Assembly: GCA_028534125.1 (NCBI GenBank)
Contig: CM052818.1
Span: 26,352,001 to 26,416,000 of the forward strand
Direction: 5' to 3'
DNA length: 64,000 nt
Origin: Lama glama
Lineage: Eukaryota
Shown here: positions 28,519-39,735 of the stretch, in pieces
How positions within the stretch are numbered: the stretch's first letter is position 1
How the letters are laid out: each line of letters opens with the position of its first letter
Made by a program: the position numbers and the translations under genes
Notes under the pieces: generated by a model
Told to the model about the DNA's origin: nothing
Databases searched by the model: none
The model's input: the letters and a program-made list of their open reading frames with translations, nothing else

Positions 28519-31134
28519 ACAGGAGGAGGATGAGGAGCAAAGAAGAGGTCAGAGGAGGCCAGAGATGAACCGCAGATCCTTCACCACCATGAAACTCATG
28601 AATCAGGTGCTGGGTCTTCACTGACACCCTCTGTTGAGGCCATTTACTAGGTCGTGAAGATCTGTGCCAAGTGTAGGTGTACTCAGACCACATGCTCCAG
28701 CCCTATACAATGGGAAGTCCAATAATCACTTTATACTAAGGTCAATTTCAAATGCCACTTCCTCCATTAGGCCTTCCTGATCACTCCAATCAAAAGCAAT
28801 CTCTCCACTTACTGATCATCTCACCATAGTTTCAACTGTGTTTCCTAGAGCCCATGAGAGTCAGGAGTGAGTTTTAAGAAATTCCTTAGTGAAAGAGTGA
28901 AGGGCTAAAAGGGGAAGGGCTCCCCACTACAGCTCAATCAGAACAGCTACACTTTCACCTGTAACATACCATATATCAAGATCCTTCTTATAGTTCCATT
29001 TAAAAAGGAAAAAAATTTCAAAACCACTAATGTATAGTGAAATATCAGTATTACTGGACCATCTATCCCAGATCATCCAAACGGTCTCAATTTAGATACA
29101 TGTTGTCTCATTGTCAGATAACATACCAGAATATGTGTCCCTATTTGTCATTTGGAAAATATCATGGAGTTGATAACATTTATCATATATTGTCTTATCT
29201 TATAGTTACTTGTGTGCTTGCTTTATCACCTCTATAAATTTTAAACTGCCTAAGTGTAGGGAGCATATTCTCTGCATCCTTTAGTGTACCTGTCAGTGCC
29301 TTACACTCTGGTGTTCAACAAGTATAAGTTGAATAACAATAAGAATGTTAGGTCACATTCACTAATAAGCAGGTTTATGCAGCAGGCCCTAAGAGTTACA
29401 ACATAATGGAATGAACGTGCACAATTCTTACCTTTGCTTTCTAGACATATCCACAATTAGAGACAATTTAAAGATAGGACTTTACAAACCAAAAAAGGAA
29501 GTCTTAGACCTCTCTAGGAACAGAGATTTTAACATAGGGCTACAAAGGAGACAGCTACCTTTGAAGGAGCTCAGCATTCAGTGTTCATTTGTGTTAAATT
29601 TCACAGCATTTCTGAGCTCAGGTCCAAGGCATAGGATTACCATGTGTTGACTCTTGTGTGGGTGCCTTATTTGTATAATATGTCCTGCTCACACAAGTGA
29701 CTGGACCACAGTCAGGAGCACCTACATGTCCCAGGAAGGTTAAGATAAAGGCCTTTGGAACACAGTTTCAACATTCAGTCAAGCAGGTTTGGAAAGATGA
29801 AAGAGGAATGGGTCAGCCTGAGAGCAATGCCAACATTATTGGCCCACTTCCTTGGCACAGGGTGGGCCCCCAATAATTATGTGTTGAATGTATGAAATGG
29901 CTCCTCCCCTCTCCTGTTCCAGTTCAGTCAGTAGTTAGGCAGCTCAAAGCACTCCCAAGGCCACACCTACCTATTATCCTTCTTGAGGAAAATACCACTA
30001 CCGTTGTTTCTAGAGAGTTGATGACAAAGGCCAACAAGAGGGCCTCAGAGCATCCACTGTGCCAGGTGGGAAAGGTGTGCTTACAAGTCCAATCCATCAG
30101 CAGGGTGAGCTGCTGCAAAGGATCCTGAGCCCGAGAGTAAGTGACCTTGGGACCCTAAGAGTAGGAAAGTATTGTAGGATGTGGTTTTCAAACGCCCCTA
30201 CAGAATGTTCTCTGTGAAATAAATGTAAGGACAGTCCTGGGTGTCCCCCACTGCACAGTTCCTGGTTTTCTTTGTGGGAGTCCAAGTTTAGCGATCTGCA
30301 ATAAACTCCCCATAAAATGGTCTGTCCTTTATGCACAGGGAATCCTGACCCTGGGTGACATAAGAAAGGAAACACAAGAAAGGCAGAGACAGTGAAGATA
30401 TGTATCTGTAGGGTAGGAATATGTTTGGTGCATGTGTTGAGGGGAGGTACACGGGTACCTGTTCTTCCACATAAGTGTATGAATGCATGGAGAGTAACAG
30501 GAGAAATGGGGAATCATTGCAGACCTCTCTCTTCCCCTCTCTTTTTTCGTCTTGTTTCTCATTAACCCAGAGCATTAATGGATATAATTTTCCTCCCTGT
30601 TCATCTTATAATCACTTTCATAGCTATATAATGTTACATTTTGACAGGCACTAAATTGAATAAACAAAGTTTCACAACACAGCAGTCCAGATTTGCTAAC
30701 AGGCATACAAATGAAGAAGCAACAGAGAAAGAATTGGTAGGGATTGAAATATATATAAACCAAGTTATCAGTATCTCCATGACCTTGAATGAATCACACA
30801 CCTTTCTCTAGTTCATTCATTAAAGCATCATTTTACTCAGCAAGTATCTATCATATGCCAGGTATCTGTACTAAGCACTGAGAATTTGTTTATTCACTCA
30901 TTCAACAAATGTTCATTAAGTCCCTACTATGTGCCAAGCACTGATCAAGTTGTTGGGATGCAGCAGTGAATAAAATAAGAAAAGTTTCTGCCTTCATGGA
31001 GCTTAACATGCTACTGGTGTGGGCTAGGGCTAGAAGAAATAATGAACAAATAAATATACAATATGTTGGGTGGTAAGTGTTATGAAGACTAAAGGGGATA
31101 AAGAGATTAAAAGGGCCATGGGTAATATTTTATT

Positions 31135-31518
31135 CAATCATCCCTAGGTATCTGAGGGAGATTGGTTCCAGGACTCCGCACAGATACCAAAATTCAAGGA
31201 TGCTCAAGTTCTTTATATAAAATGGCATAGTATTTGCAAATAATCTACACACATCCTCCCATATACTTAAATCATCTCTGGATTACTTACAATACCTAAT
31301 TCAAATTTGACACAACATTGTAAAATGACTATAACTCAATAAAAAAAGTTAAAAAATAATAATAATACCTAATTCAATGTAAATGCTATGTAAAAAGTTG
31401 TCAGTGTGTAGCAAATTCAAATTTTGCTCTTTGGAAACTTCTGGAATTTTTTTCCCAATATTTTCAGTCCATAGATGGTTGAATCTGTAGATGCATGTGT
31501 GGATATGGAAGGCCGATG
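31135..31518 (+). mobile_element. MER2-like element carrying a 59-bp L1 insertion
   Basis: Aligns by eye to the copy at 14549-14850 except for the insert at 31305-31363. Confidence 0.82.
31305..31363 (+). mobile_element. Extremely 5'-truncated young L1 with 14-bp TSD
   Basis: atttgacacaacattgtaaaatgactataactcaataaaaaaagttaaaaaa matches the end of the L1s at 13.8 and 23.6 kb; TSD aatacctaattcaa at 31291-31304 and 31364-31377. Confidence 0.9.
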
Positions 31519-32674
31519 TACAGGAAGTGTCAGAGGGCCTTGAGGGAGCTGAACTTTAAGCAAAGGCTTGAAAGAAGCGAAGGAGGGAGACATACAGATG
31601 TTTGGGAGAGAGCACATCACAAAGAATATAATAGGAATGACTCCTCATTATAGACAAAAGCCTTTTAAGTTGCCTCAGATTCCTTCTGGAAAGAGACAAT
31701 GTGTCAATCAACCCTAAGGGCCTCACCTACCCAACATGGACAACCGAAGGTGAGGAAGAAATAAGATTAATTTCAAAGGAATTCTTTTTTAAGCCTAGGA
31801 GGCTATTTAAATATTAGGTGATGCTATTTATTAGTCACTGGTTTCCAGTCAACAATCAGGACAGACTATGTATATCTATCTGTCTTTGAAGGACTTAACC
31901 ATAAATAAAATTGGTGCTGCCTGAGTTCAAAAGCCAATTCACATGCCAGGAGTCCTAGGATTTGGTGGTTTACAGTCTAACCTGACCAGAATTACATGCT
32001 AGGCCTGCAGTCTGCATGCTCACAACATCTCATATATACTATTTCCTGTTGCATTTGATTAGGTGACACTGAAATCTCCTAACCAAGAAGCGACCTGACA
32101 TTCTTTATTTACAAGGAAATCACTGGTTAGAAAATTCCTTAGCTTCTGGCAACGGTTCAGCCAAATTCATTAGCACAAGTTAACTTTATTTCCAGTACTG
32201 GTGCAATTCTAATCGGATAGCAAGAAGGCGAATCCTCTAGCTGTAATGATACTCCTGTTCAAAATGTTCTAACCTTCCAGTTTCTCTTAAATTTTTCCCT
32301 AAATGTAACTTTGAGGGATAATCGAGAACATACACACACGAATTCAGTCAGAATGTGGCATTTTGGAAGAAAACCCCAGCTGAGTACACACCAGTGTGTT
32401 TCAGCTTTGCTACAAGAGAAATCGTTATGCATTATACATGGACTATAAAGACATTTTTTGTAAGCCTTCCTTTAAAATATTTGAATTTCAGGACTTAAAA
32501 TGTTCCATGTGTTTAGTATTTCTTGTTCAGCTAGACTAAAGAAAAGTGGTTGCAAATTCAGTCTCAGCATATGTGTGGTATGTTTCAGGAATGTTTAATA
32601 TATTATTATTTCTGGAGCTATGGAGTTTGTGAACACAACTTTTACATTCATCACTGGTTGTAGTCAAGGGGTCA

Positions 32675-33052
32675 CTCATTCAATATATATTTATTGAGTA
32701 CCTACTACATGCCAGGCCCCTTTTTAGGTATGGAAGATACAACAGCAAACAAAGTCCACACGTCAGAGGAAACAGACCATAAATGGATCTATAAGTAAAT
32801 ATAAGGTAATGTCAGGTAATGAAGAAATTCTTCCTGCTTTAAGCAAAGAAAGGGAATATGGGTGAGACTGCTATTCTAAAGGAATAGCCATTCCACTTAA
32901 GTCTTATTTGAGTAAAGACCTTAAAGGATCCTTTTGCTTATCTGGGGAAGATGGAGTGCCCCCAGGCACTGCTGGAATTCCTGGAAAAACCTAAAGGCCA
33001 AGTGGGCAGGACTGAGCAAGTGAGAGGGTGAGCTAGTAATTGGAAATGAGGT
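32675..33052 (-). mobile_element. LINE-2 3' fragment
   Basis: cactcattcaatatatatttattgagtacctactacatgccaggc, a reverse L2 terminus. Confidence 0.7.
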
Positions 33053-33584
33053 CTTACCTAGAACCACATGTCACCATATGTTCCTGGTGCCCCCAAAGTG
33101 GAAGAACCACTGAGCCCACAGTCCAGTTTCATTTGGGGGGGGGGTTCAGTGATAATGAATTGTAAGGAGACCGTGCTATAAAACTACAGTCTCCTCATTT
33201 TCACTTTACTCCTTATAAAAATGGATATGTGTTGCTTTATCTTCTGGATTCATGTACCCATTCATTTCACCTGCCTGAAATGCCCTTTTGACTCCTCTCC
33301 CTGTTCAATGTCTCCCATATTTCAAAGCTTAACTTAAGCTCTACCTCCTATAAGAATCCTCCCTTAACTCCCCTGACCAACGACACTCAGTGGCCCTTCT
33401 GGAGCTGTGACTGGAGTTTAGGATTTCCTCGCCATCAATCAACTGGTGTTCAGGGCAACCCTCAAATTGAACAGGAAAGAGTTTATGTGTAATTCTGTGT
33501 GTGTTTTCCTGAAAAGAGTGTTCATAAGTCCCATGAGATTTTAAAATGAGTCCGTGATTTAAGGATTGAGAACCACTCCTTTTG

Positions 33585-33712
33585 ACTAGTGCTTCTCACA
33601 CACCATATGTGCACATGAACTATCTAATTTCATTAAAATGAAGATTCCAATTCAGTAGCTCTGGAGTAAAGTTTGATGCTGCTGGTCCCAGGACCATACT
33701 TGGTGACAAGAG
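33585..33712. mobile_element. MER5-like hAT-Charlie remnant
   Basis: tagtgcttctcaca...ttaaaatgaagattcc...gatgctgctggtcccaggaccatactt. Confidence 0.55.
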
Positions 33713-36138
33713 GCTATTGTATTTCTAATCAACACTTGTTTGCATACACTGGCTTGTTGCTCTCTGCCCCTTAAGTAGATTGCAGGTTTCTGCTGACACT
33801 TCTTGGCTCTTCTCCCACAGCTGGGGCTAACAGAAAAATAGCCCACAGTTGGGCCTGACAGATGCTTGCTCTACATATATGAGTGCACTAATTGAACCTG
33901 ATTAAAATATCTTCTCTACGTCTACCTTCCTAGTCTCACTCAGGCTTCTAAGGTTACCACCAGTTTTCAAGACTAAACGTTTCTGTAACCCAGAGTAGAA
34001 TCTCCGAACCCCTAAAATATTCCTAAAGCAAAGCTGTTCTCTCTCCCGTATTGAAATCAAAATCCATCAAACCTAAAAGCCATCATAGTACAGGAAATGC
34101 CCTCACTTGAAATGATACTCCACCATATAAGGGCATTCTCCCTCACTGGAGATGTGCAACACCAAGATGTTCAGTAAAAGTAAATAATGTGGAACATCAA
34201 AGAAGCCAGAATAAATCAAATCAGCACCACCAGGCCCTTGAAGGGGTAGCTTCTGGATAAACTGCTTAGAGCCCAAAAGTTAGGTCCCATCATAAAGAAA
34301 GGGCTGAGAGGGAATGTCTCTAGAAGTTGAGGAAAGGTGTAGAAAAGTGAAAATGGGGTTTGGGAATAAAATTACTACCTTAAACAACCTGCCACTCTAT
34401 ATTTGCAGAAGCTGTAAAAAGAAGTTACTTAGTCATGTGGAAATAAAGTGTTTTTAACAGCAGCTAACAGCAGAGCAAATGAAAAATGTTTTACACACAA
34501 GACACATGTGTAAAGAATGTCTGTGTGCAAAAGGAATTTTTCATGTGGTATTTAATAAATATATATACATACTATATGTACTTATAAAAATACCATGTGC
34601 AATGAAAGCTATGCATAAATATTTATAAAATACCCTTATCTAAGTAGGTCAGTAACATTTAATATTTTTCAATAAATTCATACATAAAATATATACATTA
34701 GTGCCAAAGGGAACATATATTTTGAAATATGAATCCCTGGTAAAACTCTCAGGAATCTACAGTAAAATCCAGGTATCTGCCAAAGGAAACTTGAGAGTAG
34801 TTGTCATTTCAAGAAAGGAAATAATGCTAGGTCTCTTATCTTCATGGACTGTTTTGCTTGTCAAATTTCTAACATCACTTCAGCTGAGTTTTGTCTTTGA
34901 CTTCCAACTTCATGGCCATTTGACCTGCCAACTATTATTTTCTTTGAGGCTTTTAACACTCCACCCAAGTATTTTGCTTTCCACAACAGTTGTGTCCGTT
35001 TCCTTTTCATTTCACCTTAACGTCAGCCGAGGTTTACAACGTAGGTTTCAAGTGCATCCTCTAAGGTTTCAGACAGACCCAGGGGCGTTGAGGTGATGAC
35101 CTGAAGCTGTAAAGTCAAGGTCACCTGGGGGCTCTCTCTTTGTGCCAGGATTTGCAGCCAGCCTGAGTCGCAGGGCTGAGGCCAGGCCCAGAGCACCCGA
35201 TTCTCCTGGGTTCCAGCCCTCTCCCCAGGCTTACCGTAGAGACTGGAACCTTACAGCAGGAAAACGACGCCCTTTCCTGTCGCCTACTCATTCCCCAGGC
35301 GGACTACTTAAGAAGGGAGAGACGAGATGGATTAAGAAGATTAATTTACCCGGAGGAAGGGCGGGGCGCGCAGCGGCGGTGGCCGCAATGACCGGCGGGC
35401 GCAGGTGCGGCCCAAGGCCGAATTTTACGCTCCAGAGCCGGCCGCTGCGCCATTTGCCGTCTGGGGCGGCCTCCACCCGCCTGCCCCAGCTTTAGGCAAG
35501 TCTCTTTCAGGGACCCTGCGGGAGAGGAAACACCTCCCCCGGGACTGGAAAAACCTGCAACGTCGACTGTTCGCGTGCCCACTTGCCCTACCGGCAGCCC
35601 CCGGCGTCTCCATTGCGCCAGATCCACTCTCCAGGTTTTGGCGACAGCTCCGAGCGGAATCGAGCTGGAAACTGACAGAACGCGACCCTCCCCGCAAGCC
35701 TGGGCTTCGAGTGGCCCGGGGACCCGTGGCTCGGCTGAGGCGGCGCGATCAGGTGGCTTCTGCTTTCCGAGAGTCCCCAGCACCCCGCGCGGAGGCTTGT
35801 CGGGCTAGATCGGCTCGTTTGGACAAGGAGAGGTGGGCGCACGAGGTTTAATACATGTGTCTGGGTTGCGGGCGGAGTCCCTTTGTCCTCTGACACCGGG
35901 CACTAGTACCTCGGGTCCCTTTTTGAACCGAGCGTCCCGAGCGTCTTTGTGCCGAGGGAGCCGAGCACAGCTTCTCCGAGGGAAGCCGCATCCGTGAGGG
36001 TAACACTGGGGCGATAACAATGAGCGCCCATTGTCCTTCGAGGTCCCGCTGGCCAGGCAGCTCATGACCCCGGTCCACGCGCCCTGTACCGGGGCGCAGG
36101 TACCCCGGCGGGTCTGGTCAACTCGCGGCCCTTGGCCT

Positions 36139-36195
36139 CCGCCCCGCCCCGGCCCGCCCTCCGCGCCGCCGGCCCCGCCCCGCGCCGCCCCGCCC
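36139..36195. promoter_or_regulatory. Cluster of six GC boxes (Sp/KLF sites), TATA-less core promoter
   Basis: CCGCCC starts at 36139, 36144, 36154, 36175, 36185 and 36190, followed by Inr-like TTCAGTC at 36204-36210. Confidence 0.75.
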
Positions 36196-36206
36196 TTCGC
36201 AGGTTC

Positions 36207-36367
36207 AGTCCCGGCGTTCCGCAGCTGAGAGCTCAGTCTAGCTCGCACCTTCCCAGCCGCAGGCCGCCGCCCAAGAGGGTGGAGAGCGCAGCGGCTGGGC
36301 CCGAGTTAGGGGAGAGCCGGGAGACCCCCGCCTCAGGCGCCTTCACTGTCTTGGAACGGATAATGCT
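36207..36367 (+). other. CDC42EP3: Predicted non-coding first exon of CDC42EP3 (alternative donor at 36498)
   Basis: Inr-like site after the GC boxes; donor GCT|GTGAGT (GT 36368-36369); second donor CTG|GTGAGT (GT 36499-36500). The TSS is inferred. Confidence 0.55.
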
Positions 36368-39074
36368 GTGAGTAGGCGCCGCGCCAGCTGACCCGGCTGG
36401 ATCTGCGCGTGGCGAGCAGGGACTGCGTGCGCCCTCGGGAGGTATCGGTGACGGGCGACCGGCCCTGGGGGCAGCGGCTGGGATCCTTGGCGCTACTGGT
36501 GAGTTGCTGCATGCCCACGGCTCCTTCTCTGCGTGTCTGTGAGTCTGTCCAACCCCCGGCCGTGGCTCCTTCCGGCGTGCGTGGGGTGCCAGGCTTGGAA
36601 ACGCACAGGAAGCGGGGATACCGAGGGCATCACCTTCCAGCTGGTTTACAAAGGAGCAAACGGGACATAAAGCAAACTGGGGGGGGCGGTGCGGGTGGCA
36701 CGACCAGGACGCAGAGCTCCACCATTTGTGCCCACCACTTTTCAGGGTGGGGCTGCACGGCTACACTGCACCCTCCGAGCTACTGACAGCCATTCTGGGC
36801 GCGTATTGCATTTTTCCATCTGAGAACAAGCCGCACATGGCTACCGCTCCCTTCCCATCGTGGATTGGCCCTAGAGCCGCACAAGGGTGCACCGTGCAGA
36901 TCAGCGGTGGCAGTACCCGCCGGGTGCCGTCTCCTCCCTTGACTTGGGTGCACTGTGGCTGTTGGCTCCAACCTGCAGATCAGGCAGGTTTTGTTTTTGA
37001 TTTTGGTTTTGTTTTTGTTTTGATGGTGGTTTCTGAACAGCTGAAGCGTTTTCGAGATTTTCTTTTTCCTTTCTCCTTGAAACAAAGTGTTCTGACATAG
37101 ACAAGTATCAGACATGTGAGGACGAATGGATCTGGCCAGTCATTTTTTCGTTATGAATTATTATACTCCATCCCCCTCTCGACTTCGGGAGGCATGTGTT
37201 TCATCTTATAAATAGAAAGTAGCATATTTTTTGGCAGGACCTCCTTTATACTGTACAGTCTAGGAGAGGTCAGTTTAAAAATAAATATGCACTTGAATGT
37301 TACATTATGGAGAGCCAGGCTGTGGCTGGGACAAGCTGCGTGGACAGCAGCATCAAAGCCGGGAGCGCAGCTGTGTTGAAAGGAGTAAAAGCCCCAGAGT
37401 GCAGCCCAGGCTGACAGTCAAGTAATTACATTTGGTTTTTTTAAAAAAAAAAGAAAAGAAAGAGTGAGTGAATTAAAATGAGGGCGGGAATAGGAATGTC
37501 AGGAGGGTATTGCAACATGAATCTTTTCAGCCCTGGTGTAGTTGGGGGAGTCACTGTTGCTGTGTGCTGAGGGTGTAGGGGGTGGTGGAGGGGGAGGTGC
37601 TAGGTAGAGGGAAGGAACTGATAAATGTGTTAGGGAGACAAAGATTTCTCCCCACCCCTCAGCTTTTTAGCTTCACCGCATCATAGAGTTTCTTGGGGGT
37701 GCTGACTTTTAAAAAGAGCAAAGATCAGGAGAGCAGCAGATGTCTACATCTGAATAGCAAAGCATTTCTTGGGGACTTCCCTTAACATCACTGGGAGACA
37801 AAAGGCTCTCCCAGAAGCTCTGGTGGTGACTCGGGATATTCCTAAGGCAATTTAGAAGACTCCTATAATGTTCTGACTTTGAAAAGATCTTTCATCTAAC
37901 CACCAGGAAATGGCAGCTTCTTTTCTGGACAGTTTCAGAGGTCTTCTTTTTGATACCAGCTGAAATTTGTATGAGCTCTTGTTGGCAGTTAAGAATGAGC
38001 GACACAGGTATGTTTTCAGATTAGATTTAAACACTCAGAGATTAAGTTTAGGTGGTTGTGAAATGCTTAGCATTGTCATATGTGAAATAAATGATAAAGC
38101 CTAATAGTCAAGGAACCAGGGAAGGGTTGAAAGTTCTTCATTAAGTCTCCCAAAGAATGCAGATTTCCCAGCAGGCCTCACTCATTGAATAAAAGACTCA
38201 GTTCTAGCCTCTGGACTCAGAGATAAGAACTTTCGAGGAGAAATTTGGAAGTGTTTCTGGATCCATGGCAGTTTCTGTTTTCTAGTGGCTATCATCTGCA
38301 AGAGATCTGTATCGTTTACATTATGAATTCCATGATTGGAACATGGTGCTGTGGCAGCAGTTACAGACATGAAATAAGATAAGCTCCCCCTTCCCCCAAA
38401 ATCTGAGAGTGAAATTCTGTTCTATCTCAATAGAACATGTAAAGACAGCTAGAGTAATGAGTGTTGCACATTTTTTTTCTTTTTATTGTAAATTTAAACG
38501 TGGTGCAAAGATGAATAAACACAAAGTAATAAAAATCACTGCAAAAGTGCTCACATGAACTGGTTTGCCCTATCTGCACTCCAGCTTTTCCTTTAATGTG
38601 GTGTTTTATGTCCAACATGTTCACAAAAGCTGCCCTTTTTCACTACTAAAATTCATGGGATTCAACAGCATCGGGGATAGAGCTGTTTTAACCTACATGA
38701 CCCAAAGATTTTTACCAGGCCATAAATTTTTCACAAGCTTTTTACCCAGTAGCCATAGCATTTATTCCAATGGGTGGACTTCAATTCATAACCTGAAAAA
38801 CCTCTGAGAAGACTGCTCTGATTTTTTAAAATTAAAATTCATGCTTTCATCCTGAGTTTATCTAGCCCTGGCATAATTTCTTTCTAACCAGAATCCAGCA
38901 GACCTGTTTATTCATTGATGGAAAAGGAACTTAAATTTATTTTTTAAATTCAGTATGTTTGATAGCAAGAACAGTATAATCATTTGAAACTACTCTATTG
39001 AGCAACAAAATCTTTATCAAGCGTTTTAGCCCAAGAATTCTCTTAATATATCACACTGTTCCATGACTTTGGAT

Positions 39075-39735
39075 GTTAAGGGTACTTCCTACATGGAGCC
39101 TGTCCTAAGTGCCAAGCCCTCTTCTCAGCCTTTTACCTTGATTAACTCATTTATTTCTAATAATTACTCAATGAAGAAGGCACCGTTAGTATCCCCATTT
39201 CACAGGTATCGAAACTGAGAACAAGTTATATATAACTTGCCTAAAATTAAACAGTAAGGAACATACCTAAGCACGCATATGCAATTTAACAACCCAATAT
39301 GTGCATGTATGAATGGCTAATCCTCTCAGGTTAAAGGCCTCTGAGTCAGGGGCTGTCTGGGTTCATATCCTCGCCGTGGTGCTTAATACTTGTGGGTCCT
39401 GGAGCAAATTACTTAGTTTATCAATTACAAAAATGCAGATGATGTTACTCTGAGGATTAAATAAGTTTAAAAATAATGCCTTTAGAACAGTGCCAGGTCA
39501 GAGGACACCCAATAAAAAGTTGATGCTTTACAATTATTTTTGTTGTTCCCCTAGGTGCTTAATAGTGGTTGTCTCATTTAATATTCACAACTGCTCTCTG
39601 AGGCAGATAGTACTGTTCTTATTTTCCAGTTGAGAAATTGGGCCCAGAAAGGTTTAGTAACTTGGCCAAAGTCACACAGCAAAGTAAGTAGAATCAGGTT
39701 TGAACTCAGGTCTGTTTGACCTTGCGCTAAAGGAA
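39075..39735. mobile_element. Cluster of three MIR SINE fragments in mixed orientation
   Basis: MIR core motifs atccccatttcacag...gaaactgag, ctgggttcatatcct...gcaaattactt, and aaggtttagtaacttggccaaagtcacacagc. Confidence 0.7.

Larger units (their letters stand above)
30800..31615 (-). mobile_element. LINE-2 3' fragments interrupted by MER2
   Basis: ttcactcattcaacaaatgttcattaagtccctactatgtgccaagcactg... resumes after 31520 (gaactttaagcaaaggcttgaaagaag). Confidence 0.7.
35260..36930. promoter_or_regulatory. CDC42EP3: CpG island, promoter of CDC42EP3
   Basis: The only strongly GC- and CpG-rich stretch in an otherwise CpG-depleted window. It lies ~21 kb upstream of the coding exon and contains GC boxes and + strand splice donors. 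Confidence 0.9.

Noticed and set aside
624..32786. Other CArG matches (624, 11376, 12803, 17651, 32719, 32777; also 62503)
   Set aside because: The count is not clearly above chance for 64 kb of AT-rich DNA, and several lie inside repeats.
35142..37115. Many overlapping 60-150 aa ORFs on both strands
   Set aside because: Expected from stop-codon scarcity in a CpG island; Arg/Pro/Gly/Ala-rich translations with no domain.
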